From positions 30,256,001 through 30,320,000 of the forward strand of contig OZ024760.1 in NCBI GenBank assembly GCA_964016885.1: a stretch of DNA of 64,000 nucleotides, given 5' to 3'. The stretch is from Eledone cirrhosa. Lineage: Eukaryota. Made by a program: the position numbers and the translations under genes. Positions 1-12,790 of the stretch are shown piece by piece; the stretch's first letter is position 1; every line of letters begins with the position of its first letter. The notes under the pieces are model-generated. The model searched no databases and was not told where the DNA came from. It saw only the letters and a list, made by a program, of their open reading frames with translations.

Positions 1-749
1 TGTAATGTAATGTAATGTGTAATGTAATGTAATGTAATGTAATGTAATGTAATGTAATGTAATGTAATGTGTAATGTAATGTAATGTAATATAACGTGTA
101 ATGTAACGTAATGTAATATAACGTGTAATGTAACGTAATGTAATGAAATGTAACATAATGTAATGTAATGAAATATAATTTAATGTAACGTAATGTAATG
201 TAATGTAATTTAATGTAATGTAATGTAATGTAATGTAATATAATGTGTAATGTAATGTAATGTAATGTAATGTAATGTAATGTAATGTGTAACGTAATGT
301 AATGTAATGTAATGAAATGTAATGTAATGTAATGTAATGTAATGTAATGTAATGTAATGTGTAATGTAATGTAATGTAATGTAATATAAAGTAATGTAAT
401 GTAATGTAATGTAATGTGTAATGTGTAATATAATGTAATGTAATGTAATGTAATGTAATGTAATGAAATGTAATGTAATGTAATGTAATGTAATGTAATG
501 TAATGTAATGTAATGTAATGTAATGTAATGTAATGTAATGTAATGTAATGTAATGTAATGTAATGTAATGTAATGTAATGAAATGTAATGTAATGTAATG
601 TAATGTAATGTAATGTAATGTAATGTAATGTAATGTAATGTGTAATGTAATGTAATGTAATCTAATATAATGTAATGTAACGTAATGTAATGTAATGTAA
701 TGTAATGTAATGTAATGTGTAATGTAATGTAATGTAATATGTAATGTAA

Positions 750-3150
750 TGTAATGTAATGTAATGTGTAATGTAATGTAATGTAATGTAATATGTAATG
801 TAATGTAAAGTAATTTAATGTAATGTCTAATGTAATGTAATGTAATGTATTGTAATGTAATGTAATGTAATGTGTATCGTGTAATGTGAATTGTGTAATG
901 TAATGCAATGTAATGTAATGTAATGTAATGTAATGTAATGTGTAAAGTAATGTAATGTAATGTAATGTAATGTAATGTAATGTGTAATGTAATGTACTGT
1001 AATGTAATGTAATGTAATGTAATGTAATGTAATGTAATGTAATGTAATGTAATGTGTAATGTAATGTAATGTAATATAATGTAATGTGTAATGTAATGTA
1101 ATGTAATGTAATGTAATGTAATATATAATGTAATGTAATGTAATGTAATGTAATGTAATGTAATGTAATGTAATGTGTAATGTAATGTAATGTAATGTGT
1201 AACGTAACGTAATGTGTAATGTAAAGTAATGTAATGTAATGTAATGTGTAATGTAATATGTAATGTAATGTAATGTAATGTAATGTTATGTAATGTAATG
1301 TGTAATGTAACGTAACGTGTAATCTAATGTAATGTAATGTAATGTAATGTAATGTGTAATGTAACGTAATGTGTAATGTAATGTAATGTAATGTAATGTG
1401 TAATGTAATGTAATGTGTAATGTAAAGTAATGTAATGTAATGTAATGTGTAATGTAATGTAATGTAATGTAATGTAATGTGTAATGTAATGTAATGTAAT
1501 GTAATGTAATGTAATGTAATGTAATGTGTAATGTAACGTAATGTGTAATGTAATGTAATGTAATGTAATGTAATGTAATGTAATGTAATGTGTAATATAA
1601 TGTAATGTAATGTGTAATGTAATGTAATGTAATGTAATGTAACGTGTAATGTAATGTAATGTGTAATGTAATGAAATGTAATGTAATGTAATGTAATGTA
1701 ATGTGTAATGTAATGTGTAATGTAATGTAATGTAATGAAATGTAATGTAATGTGTAATGTAATGTAATGTAATGTGTAATGTAATGTAATGTAATGTAAT
1801 GTAATGTAATGTAATGTAATGTAATGTAGTATGTAATGTGATGTAATGTAATGTAATGTAATGTAATGTAATGAAATGAAATGAAATGTAATGTAATGTA
1901 ATGTAATGTAATGTAATGTAATGTAATGTAATGTAATGTAATGTAATGTAATGTAATGTAATGTAATGTGTAATGTAATGTAATGTAATGTAATATGTAA
2001 TGTAATGTAAAGTAATTTAATGTAATGTCTAATGTAATGTAATGTAATGTATTGTAATGTAATGTAATGTAATGTGTATCGTGTAATGTGAATTGTGTAA
2101 TGTAATGCAATGTAATGTAATGTAATGTAATGTAATGTAATGTGTAAAGTAATGTAATGTAATGTAATGTAATGTAATGTAATGTGTAATGTAATGTACT
2201 GTAATGTAATGTAATGTAATGTAATGTAATGTAATGTAATGTAATGTAATGTAATGTGTAATGTAATGTAATGTAATATAATGTAATGTGTAATGTAATG
2301 TAATGTAATGTAATGTAATGTAATATATAATGTAATGTAATGTAATGTAATGTAATGTAATGTAATGTAATGTAATGTGTAATGTAATGTAATGTAATGT
2401 GTAACGTAACGTAATGTGTAATGTAAAGTAATGTAATGTAATGTAATGTGTAATGTAATATGTAATGTAATGTAATGTAATGTAATGTTATGTAATGTAA
2501 TGTGTAATGTAACGTAACGTGTAATCTAATGTAATGTAATGTAATGTAATGTAATGTGTAATGTAACGTAATGTGTAATGTAATGTAATGTAATGTAATG
2601 TGTAATGTAATGTATGTGTAATGTAAAGTAATGTAATGTAATGTAATGTGTAATGTAATGTAATGTAATGTAATGTAATGTAATGTGTAATGTAATGTAA
2701 TGTAATGTAATGTAATGTAATGTAATGTAATGTGTAATGTAACGTAATGTGTAATGTAATGTAATGTAATGTAATGTAATGTAATGTAATGTAATGTGTA
2801 ATATAATGTAATGTAATGTGTAATGTAATGTAATGTAATGTAATGTAACGTGTAATGTAATGTAATGTGTAATGTAATGAAATGTAATGTAATGTAATGT
2901 AATGTAATGTAATGTGTAATGTAATGTGTAATGTAATGTAATGTAATGAAATGTAATGTAATGTGTAATGTAATGTAATGTAATGTGTAATGTAATGTAA
3001 TGTAATGTAATGTAATGTAATGTAATGTAATGTAATGTAGTATGTAATGTGATGTAATGTAATGTAATGTAATGTAATGTAATGAAATGAAATGAAATGT
3101 AATGTAATGTAATGTAATGTAATGTAATGTAATGTAATGTAATGTAATGT
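750..3150. repeat. ~1.2 kb sub-unit in tandem pair (pair repeated at ~6580-8970 and ~9720-12110; single copy at ~15640-16830)
   Basis: The GTATCGTGTAATGTGAATTG marker is at 876/2078 (1202), 6700/7892 (1192) and 9837/11029 (1192). The GTAGTATGTAATGTGATG marker is at ~1827/3037, ~7650/8852 and ~10787/11989, but only once (~16714) in the third copy. Confidence 0.9.
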
Positions 3151-4516
3151 AATGTAATGTAATGTGTAATGTAACGTAATGTAATCTAATATAATGTAAC
3201 GTAATGTAATGTAATGTAATGTAACGTAATGTAATGTAATGTAATGTAATGTGTAATGTAATGTTATGTAATGTAATATGTAATGTAATGTAATGTAATG
3301 TAATGTAATGTAATGTAACGTAATGTAATGTAATGTAAAGTAATGTAATGTAACGTAAAGTAATGTAATGTAATGTATAATGTAATGTAATGTAATGTAA
3401 TGTGTAATGTAATGTAATGTAATGTAATGAAATGTAACGTAATGTAATGTAATATAATTTAATGTAACGTAATGTCATGTAATGTAATGTAATGTAATGT
3501 AATGTAATGTAATGTGTAACGTAATGTAATGTAATGTAATGTAATGTGTAATGTAATGTAATGTAGTGTAATGCAATGTGTAATGTAATGTAATGTAATG
3601 TAATTTAATGTAATGTAATGTAATGTAATGTAATGTAATGTAATGTAATGTAATGTAATGTAATGTGTAATGAAATGTAATGTAATGTAATGTAATGTAA
3701 TGTAATGTAATGTAATGTAATGTGTAATGTAATGTAATGGAATGTAATGTGTAATGTAATGTAATGTAATGCAATGTAATGTAATGTAATGTGTAATGTA
3801 ATGTAATGTAATGTAATGTAACGTAATGTAATGTAATGTAATGTGTAATGTAATGAAATTTGTAATGTAATGTTTAATGTAATGTAATGTAATGTAATGT
3901 AATGTAATGTAATGTAATGTAATGTAATGTAATGTTATGTTTAATGTAATGTAATGTAATATAATTTAATTTTTAATGTAATGTAATGTAATGTAATGTA
4001 ATGTAATGTAATGTAATGTAATGTAATGTAATGTAATGTAATGTGTAATGTAATGTAATGTAATGTAATGTAACGTAATGTTTAATGTAAAGTAATGTAA
4101 TGTAATGAAATGTAATGTAATGTGTAATGTAATGTAACGTAGTGTAATGTAATATAATGTGTAATGTAATGTAATGTAATGTAATGTAATGTAATGTAAT
4201 GTAATGAGTAAATGTGTAATGTAATGTAATGTAATGTGTAATGTAATGTAATGAAATATGTAATGTAATGTAATGTAATGTGTAATGTAATGTAATGTAA
4301 TGTAATGTAATGTATAACGTAATGTAATGTAATGTAATGTAATGTAATGTGTAATGTAATGTAATGTGTAATGTAATGTAATGTATTGTAATGTGTAATG
4401 TAATGTAATGTAAGGTAATGTAATGTAATGTAATGTAATGTAATGTAATGTAATGTAATGTAATGTAATGTAATGTAATGTAATGTAATGTAATGTGTAA
4501 TGTAATGTAATGTAAT

Positions 4517-4561
4517 GCAATGCAATGCAATGCAAGCCAATGCAATGCAATGCAATGCAAT
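4517..4561. repeat. (GCAAT)-variant island (GCAAT)3 GCAAG CCAAT (GCAAT)4; nine copies in window
   Basis: AAGCC core at 4534, 13501, 18191, 25582, 32104, 47223, 53008, 57168 and 62889. A diverged AAGGC version is at ~52047 and ~61943. Confidence 0.95.
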
Positions 4562-6499
4562 GTAATGTAATGTAATGTAATGTAATGTAATGTAATGTGT
4601 AATGTAATTTAATGTAATGTAATATAATGTAATGTGTAATGTAATGTAATGTAATATGGAATGTAATCTAATGTAATGTAATGTGTAATGTAATGTAATG
4701 TAATGTAATGTAATGTGTAACGTAATGTAATGTAAAGTAATGTAATGTAATGTAATGTGTAATGTTATGTAATGTAATGTTATGTAATGTATTGTAATGT
4801 AATGTGTAATGTAATGTGTAATGTAACGTAATGTGTAATGTAATGTAATGTAATGTTATGTAATGTAATGTGTAACATAATGTGTAATGTAATGTAATGT
4901 TATGTAATGTAATGTGTAATGTAACGTAATGTGTAATCTAATGTAATGTAATGTAATGTAATGTAATGTAATGTAATGTAATGTAATGTGTAATGTAATG
5001 TAATGTGTAATGTAATGTAATATAATGTAATGTAATGTAATGTAATGTAATGTAATGTAATGTGTAATGTAATGTAATGTAATGTAATGTAATGTAATGT
5101 AATGTGTAATGTAATGTAATGTGTAATCTAATGTAATGTAATGTTATGTAATGTAAGGTGTAATGTAATGTGTAATGTAACGTAATGTGTAACGTAATGT
5201 AATGCAATGGAATGTAATGTAATGTAATGTAATGTTATGTAGTGTAATGTGTAATGTAACGTAATGTGTAATGTAATGTGTAATGTAATGTTATGTAATG
5301 TAATGTGTAATGTAACGTAATGTGTAATCTAATGTAATGTAATGTAATGTAATGTAATGTAATGAAATGTAATGTAATGTAATGTGTAATGTAATGTAAT
5401 GTAATGTAATATGTAATGTAATGTAATGTAATTTAATGTAATGTCTAATGTAATGTAATGTAATGTATTGTAATGTAATGTAATGTAATGTGTATCGTGT
5501 AATGTGAATTGTGTAATGTAATGTAATGTAATGTAATGTAATGTAATGTAATGTAATGTGTAATGTAATGTAATGTAATGTAATGTAATGTGTAATGTAA
5601 TGTAATGTAATGTAATGTGTAATGTAATGTAATGTAATGTAATGTAATGTAATGTAAAGTAATGTAATGTAACGTAATGTAATGTAATGTGTATCGTGTA
5701 ATGTGAATTGTGTAATGTAATGTAATGTAATGTAAAGTAATGTAATGTAACGTAATGTAATATAATGTAATGTAATGTATAATGTAATGTAATGTAATGT
5801 GTAATGTAATGTAATGTAATGTAATGTAATGTGTAATGTAATGTAATGTAATGTAATGTAATGTAATGTAATGTAATGTAATGTGTAATGTAATGTAATG
5901 TAATATAACGTGTAATGTAACGTAATGTAATATAACGTGTAATGTAACGTAATGTAATGAAATGTAACATAATGTAATGTAATGAAATATAATTTAATGT
6001 AACGTAATGTAATGTAATGTAATTTAATGTAATGTAATGTAATGTAATGTAATATAATGTGTAATGTAATGTAATGTAATGTAATGTAATGTAATGTAAT
6101 GTAATGTGTAACGTAATGTAATGTAATGTAATGAAATGTAATGTAATGTAATGTAATGTAATGTAATGTAATGTAATGTGTAATGTAATGTAATGTAATG
6201 TAATATAAAGTAATGTAATGTAATGTAATGTAATGTGTAATGTGTAATATAATGTAATGTAATGTAATGTAATGTAATGTAATGAAATGTAATGTAATGT
6301 AATGTAATGTAATGTAATGTAATGTAATGTAATGTAATGTAATGTAATGTAATGTAATGTAATGTAATGTAATGTAATGTAATGTAATGTAATGTAATGT
6401 AATGTAATGAAATGTAATGTAATGTAATGTAATGTAATGTAATGTAATGTAATGTAATGTAATGTGTAATGTAATGTAATGTAATCTAATATAATGTAA

Positions 6500-9400
6500 T
6501 GTAACGTAATGTAATGTAATGTAATGTAATGTAATGTAATGTGTAATGTAATGTAATGTAATATGTAATGTAATGTAATGTAATGTAATGTGTAATGTAA
6601 TGTAATGTAATGTAATATGTAATGTAATGTAAAGTAATTTAATGTAATGTCTAATGTAATGTAATGTAATGTATTGTAATGTAATGTAATGTAATGTGTA
6701 TCGTGTAATGTGAATTGTGTAATGTAATGCAATGTAATGTAATGTAATGTAATGTAATGTAATGTGTAAAGTAATGTAATGTAATGTAATGTAATGTAAT
6801 GTAATGTGTAATGTAATGTACTGTAATGTAATGTAATGTAATGTAATGTAATGTAATGTAATGTAATGTAATGTAATGTGTAATGTAATGTAATGTAATA
6901 TAATGTAATGTGTAATGTAATGTAATGTAATGTAATGTAATGTAATATATAATGTAATGTAATGTAATGTAATGTAATGTAATGTAATGTAATGTAATGT
7001 GTAATGTAATGTAATGTAATGTGTAACGTAACGTAATGTGTAATGTAAAGTAATGTAATGTAATGTAATGTGTAATGTAATATGTAATGTAATGTAATGT
7101 AATGTAATGTTATGTAATGTGTAATGTAACGTAACGTGTAATCTAATGTAATGTAATGTAATGTAATGTAATGTGTAATGTAACGTAATGTGTAATGTAA
7201 TGTAATGTAATGTAATGTGTAATGTAATGTAATGTGTAATGTAAAGTAATGTAATGTAATGTAATGTGTAATGTAATGTAATGTAATGTAATGTAATGTG
7301 TAATGTAATGTAATGTAATGTAATGTAATGTAATGTAATGTAATGTGTAATGTAACGTAATGTGTAATGTAATGTAATGTAATGTAATGTAATGTAATGT
7401 AATGTAATGTGTAATATAATGTAATGTAATGTGTAATGTAATGTAATGTAATGTAATGTAACGTGTAATGTAATGTAATGTGTAATGTAATGAAATGTAA
7501 TGTAATGTAATGTAATGTAATGTAATGTGTAATGTAATGTGTAATGTAATGTAATGTAATGAAATGTAATGTAATGTGTAATGTAATGTAATGTAATGTG
7601 TAATGTAATGTAATGTAATGTAATGTAATGTAATGTAATGTAATGTAATGTAGTATGTAATGTGATGTAATGTAATGTAATGTAATGTAATGTAATGAAA
7701 TGAAATGTAATGTAATGTAATGTAATGTAATGTAATGTAATGTAATGTAATGTAATGTAATGTAATGTAATGTAATGTAATGTGTAATGTAATGTAATGT
7801 AATGTAATATGTAATGTAATGTAAAGTAATTTAATGTAATGTCTAATGTAATGTAATGTAATGTATTGTAATGTAATGTAATGTAATGTGTATCGTGTAA
7901 TGTGAATTGTGTAATGTAATGCAATGTAATGTAATGTAATGTAATGTAATGTAATGTGTAAAGTAATGTAATGTAATGTAATGTAATGTAATGTAATGTG
8001 TAATGTAATGTACTGTAATGTAATGTAATGTAATGTAATGTAATGTAATGTAATGTAATGTAATGTAATGTGTAATGTAATGTAATGTAATATAATGTAA
8101 TGTGTAATGTAATGTAATGTAATGTAATGTAATGTAATATATAATGTAATGTAATGTAATGTAATGTAATGTAATGTAATGTAATGTAATGTGTAATGTA
8201 ATGTAATGTAATGTGTAACGTAACGTAATGTGTAATGTAAAGTAATGTAATGTAATGTAATGTGTAATGTAATATGTAATGTAATGTAATGTAATGTAAT
8301 GTTATGTAATGTAATGTGTAATGTAACGTAACGTGTAATCTAATGTAATGTAATGTAATGTAATGTAATGTGTAATGTAACGTAATGTGTAATGTAATGT
8401 AATGTAATGTAATGTGTAATGTAATGTAATGTGTAATGTAAAGTAATGTAATGTAATGTAATGTGTAATGTAATGTAATGTAATGTAATGTAATGTAATG
8501 TGTAATGTAATGTAATGTAATGTAATGTAATGTAATGTAATGTAATGTGTAATGTAACGTAATGTGTAATGTAATGTAATGTAATGTAATGTAATGTAAT
8601 GTAATGTAATGTAATGTGTAATATAATGTAATGTAATGTGTAATGTAATGTAATGTAATGTAACGTGTAATGTAATGTAATGTGTAATGTAATGAAATGT
8701 AATGTAATGTAATGTAATGTAATGTAATGTGTAATGTAATGTGTAATGTAATGTAATGTAATGAAATGTAATGTAATGTGTAATGTAATGTAATGTAATG
8801 TGTAATGTAATGTAATGTAATGTAATGTAATGTAATGTAATGTAATGTAATGTAGTATGTAATGTGATGTAATGTAATGTAATGTAATGTAATGTAATGA
8901 AATGAAATGAAATGTAATGTAATGTAATGTAATGTAATGTAATGTAATGTAATGTAATGTAATGTAATGTAATGTAATGTAATGTGTAATGTAACGTAAT
9001 GTAATCTAATATAATGTAACGTAATGTAATGTAATGTAATGTAACGTAATGTAATGTAATGTAATGTAATGTGTAATGTAATGTTATGTAATGTAATATG
9101 TAATGTAATGTAATGTAATGTAATGTAATGTAATGTAACGTAATGTAATGTAATGTAAAGTAATGTAATGTAACGTAAAGTAATGTAATGTAATGTATAA
9201 TGTAATGTAATGTAATGTAATGTGTAATGTAATGTAATGTAATGTAATGAAATGTAACGTAATGTAATGTAATATAATTTAATGTAACGTAATGTCATGT
9301 AATGTAATGTAATGTAATGTAATGTAATGTAATGTGTAACGTAATGTAATGTAATGTAATGTAATGTGTAATGTAATGTAATGTAGTGTAATGCAATGTG

Positions 9401-12400
9401 TAATGTAATGTAATGTAATGTAATTTAATGTAATGTAATGTAATGTAATGTAATGTAATGTAATGTAATGTAATGTAATGTAATGTGTAATGAAATGTAA
9501 TGTAATGTAATGTAATGTAATGTAATGTAATGTAATGTAATGTGTAATGTAATGTAATGGAATGTAATGTGTAATGTAATGTAATGTAATGCAATGTAAT
9601 GTAATGTAATGTGTAATGTAATGTAATGTAATGTAATGTAACGTAATGTAATGTAATGTAATGTAATGTAATGTAATGTGTAATGTAATGTAATGTAATA
9701 TGTAATGTAATGTAATGTAATGTAATGTGTAATGTAATGTAATGTAATGTAATATGTAATGTAATGTAAAGTAATTTAATGTAATGTCTAATGTAATGTA
9801 ATGTAATGTATTGTAATGTAATGTAATGTAATGTGTATCGTGTAATGTGAATTGTGTAATGTAATGCAATGTAATGTAATGTAATGTAATGTAATGTAAT
9901 GTGTAAAGTAATGTAATGTAATGTAATGTAATGTAATGTAATGTGTAATGTAATGTACTGTAATGTAATGTAATGTAATGTAATGTAATGTAATGTAATG
10001 TAATGTAATGTAATGTGTAATGTAATGTAATGTAATATAATGTAATGTGTAATGTAATGTAATGTAATGTAATGTAATGTAATATATAATGTAATGTAAT
10101 GTAATGTAATGTAATGTAATGTAATGTAATGTAATGTGTAATGTAATGTAATGTAATGTGTAACGTAACGTAATGTGTAATGTAAAGTAATGTAATGTAA
10201 TGTAATGTGTAATGTAATATGTAATGTAATGTAATGTAATGTAATGTTATGTAATGTGTAATGTAACGTAACGTGTAATCTAATGTAATGTAATGTAATG
10301 TAATGTAATGTGTAATGTAACGTAATGTGTAATGTAATGTAATGTAATGTAATGTGTAATGTAATGTAATGTGTAATGTAAAGTAATGTAATGTAATGTA
10401 ATGTGTAATGTAATGTAATGTAATGTAATGTAATGTGTAATGTAATGTAATGTAATGTAATGTAATGTAATGTAATGTAATGTGTAATGTAACGTAATGT
10501 GTAATGTAATGTAATGTAATGTAATGTAATGTAATGTAATGTAATGTGTAATATAATGTAATGTAATGTGTAATGTAATGTAATGTAATGTAATGTAACG
10601 TGTAATGTAATGTAATGTGTAATGTAATGAAATGTAATGTAATGTAATGTAATGTAATGTAATGTGTAATGTAATGTGTAATGTAATGTAATGTAATGAA
10701 ATGTAATGTAATGTGTAATGTAATGTAATGTAATGTGTAATGTAATGTAATGTAATGTAATGTAATGTAATGTAATGTAATGTAATGTAGTATGTAATGT
10801 GATGTAATGTAATGTAATGTAATGTAATGTAATGAAATGAAATGTAATGTAATGTAATGTAATGTAATGTAATGTAATGTAATGTAATGTAATGTAATGT
10901 AATGTAATGTAATGTAATGTGTAATGTAATGTAATGTAATGTAATATGTAATGTAATGTAAAGTAATTTAATGTAATGTCTAATGTAATGTAATGTAATG
11001 TATTGTAATGTAATGTAATGTAATGTGTATCGTGTAATGTGAATTGTGTAATGTAATGCAATGTAATGTAATGTAATGTAATGTAATGTAATGTGTAAAG
11101 TAATGTAATGTAATGTAATGTAATGTAATGTAATGTGTAATGTAATGTACTGTAATGTAATGTAATGTAATGTAATGTAATGTAATGTAATGTAATGTAA
11201 TGTAATGTGTAATGTAATGTAATGTAATATAATGTAATGTGTAATGTAATGTAATGTAATGTAATGTAATGTAATATATAATGTAATGTAATGTAATGTA
11301 ATGTAATGTAATGTAATGTAATGTAATGTGTAATGTAATGTAATGTAATGTGTAACGTAACGTAATGTGTAATGTAAAGTAATGTAATGTAATGTAATGT
11401 GTAATGTAATATGTAATGTAATGTAATGTAATGTAATGTTATGTAATGTAATGTGTAATGTAACGTAACGTGTAATCTAATGTAATGTAATGTAATGTAA
11501 TGTAATGTGTAATGTAACGTAATGTGTAATGTAATGTAATGTAATGTAATGTGTAATGTAATGTAATGTGTAATGTAAAGTAATGTAATGTAATGTAATG
11601 TGTAATGTAATGTAATGTAATGTAATGTAATGTAATGTGTAATGTAATGTAATGTAATGTAATGTAATGTAATGTAATGTAATGTGTAATGTAACGTAAT
11701 GTGTAATGTAATGTAATGTAATGTAATGTAATGTAATGTAATGTAATGTAATGTGTAATATAATGTAATGTAATGTGTAATGTAATGTAATGTAATGTAA
11801 CGTGTAATGTAATGTAATGTGTAATGTAATGAAATGTAATGTAATGTAATGTAATGTAATGTAATGTGTAATGTAATGTGTAATGTAATGTAATGTAATG
11901 AAATGTAATGTAATGTGTAATGTAATGTAATGTAATGTGTAATGTAATGTAATGTAATGTAATGTAATGTAATGTAATGTAATGTAATGTAGTATGTAAT
12001 GTGATGTAATGTAATGTAATGTAATGTAATGTAATGAAATGAAATGAAATGTAATGTAATGTAATGTAATGTAATGTAATGTAATGTAATGTAATGTAAT
12101 GTAATGTAATGTAATGTAATGTGTAATGTAACGTAATGTAATCTAATATAATGTAACGTAATGTAATGTAATGTAATGTAACGTAATGTAATGTAATGTA
12201 ATGTAATGTGTAATGTAATGTTATGTAATGTAATATGTAATGTAATGTAATGTAATGTAATGTAATGTAATGTAACGTAATGTAATGTAATGTAAAGTAA
12301 TGTAATGTAACGTAAAGTAATGTAATGTAATGTATAATGTAATGTAATGTAATGTAATGTGTAATGTAATGTAATGTAATGTAATGAAATGTAACGTAAT

Positions 12401-12790
12401 GTAATGTAATATAATTTAATGTAACGTAATGTCATGTAATGTAATGTAATGTAATGTAATGTAATGTAATGTGTAACGTAATGTAATGTAATGTAATGTA
12501 ATGTGTAATGTAATGTAATGTAGTGTAATGCAATGTGTAATGTAATGTAATGTAATGTAATTTAATGTAATGTAATGTAATGTAATGTAATGTAATGTAA
12601 TGTAATGTAATGTAATGTAATGTGTAATGAAATGTAATGTAATGTAATGTAATGTAATGTAATGTAATGTAATGTAATGTGTAATGTAATGTAATGGAAT
12701 GTAATGTGTAATGTAATGTAATGTAATGCAATGTAATGTAATGTAATGTGTAATGTAATGTAATGTAATGTAATGTAACGTAATGTAATG
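6500..12790. repeat. Near-identical 3137-bp tandem duplication (about 6500-9640 / 9640-12790)
   Basis: Constant offset of 3137 for markers 6700/9837, 7892/11029, 9298/12435 and ACG at 6504/9641/12778. ORF translations are identical over ~900 aa. Confidence 0.9.

Noticed and set aside
1285-1294. Transcription-factor motifs: GTTATGTAAT (PAR-bZIP/NFIL3 D-box, RTTAYGTAAY) and TAATGAAAT (TAATGARAT)
   Set aside because: Each is one substitution from the satellite consensus and is multiplied by duplication. There is no nearby gene and no evidence of selection.
5291-12435. Very long minus-strand ORFs (1335 aa, 1046 aa) and all other poly-HYITL ORFs as protein-coding genes
   Set aside because: (CATTA)n has no stop in any frame, so ORFs overlap in all three frames with the same peptide. 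Starts and stops are random variant units (many TTG), 7-mers shift frame constantly, and no domain or codon-position pattern is seen.
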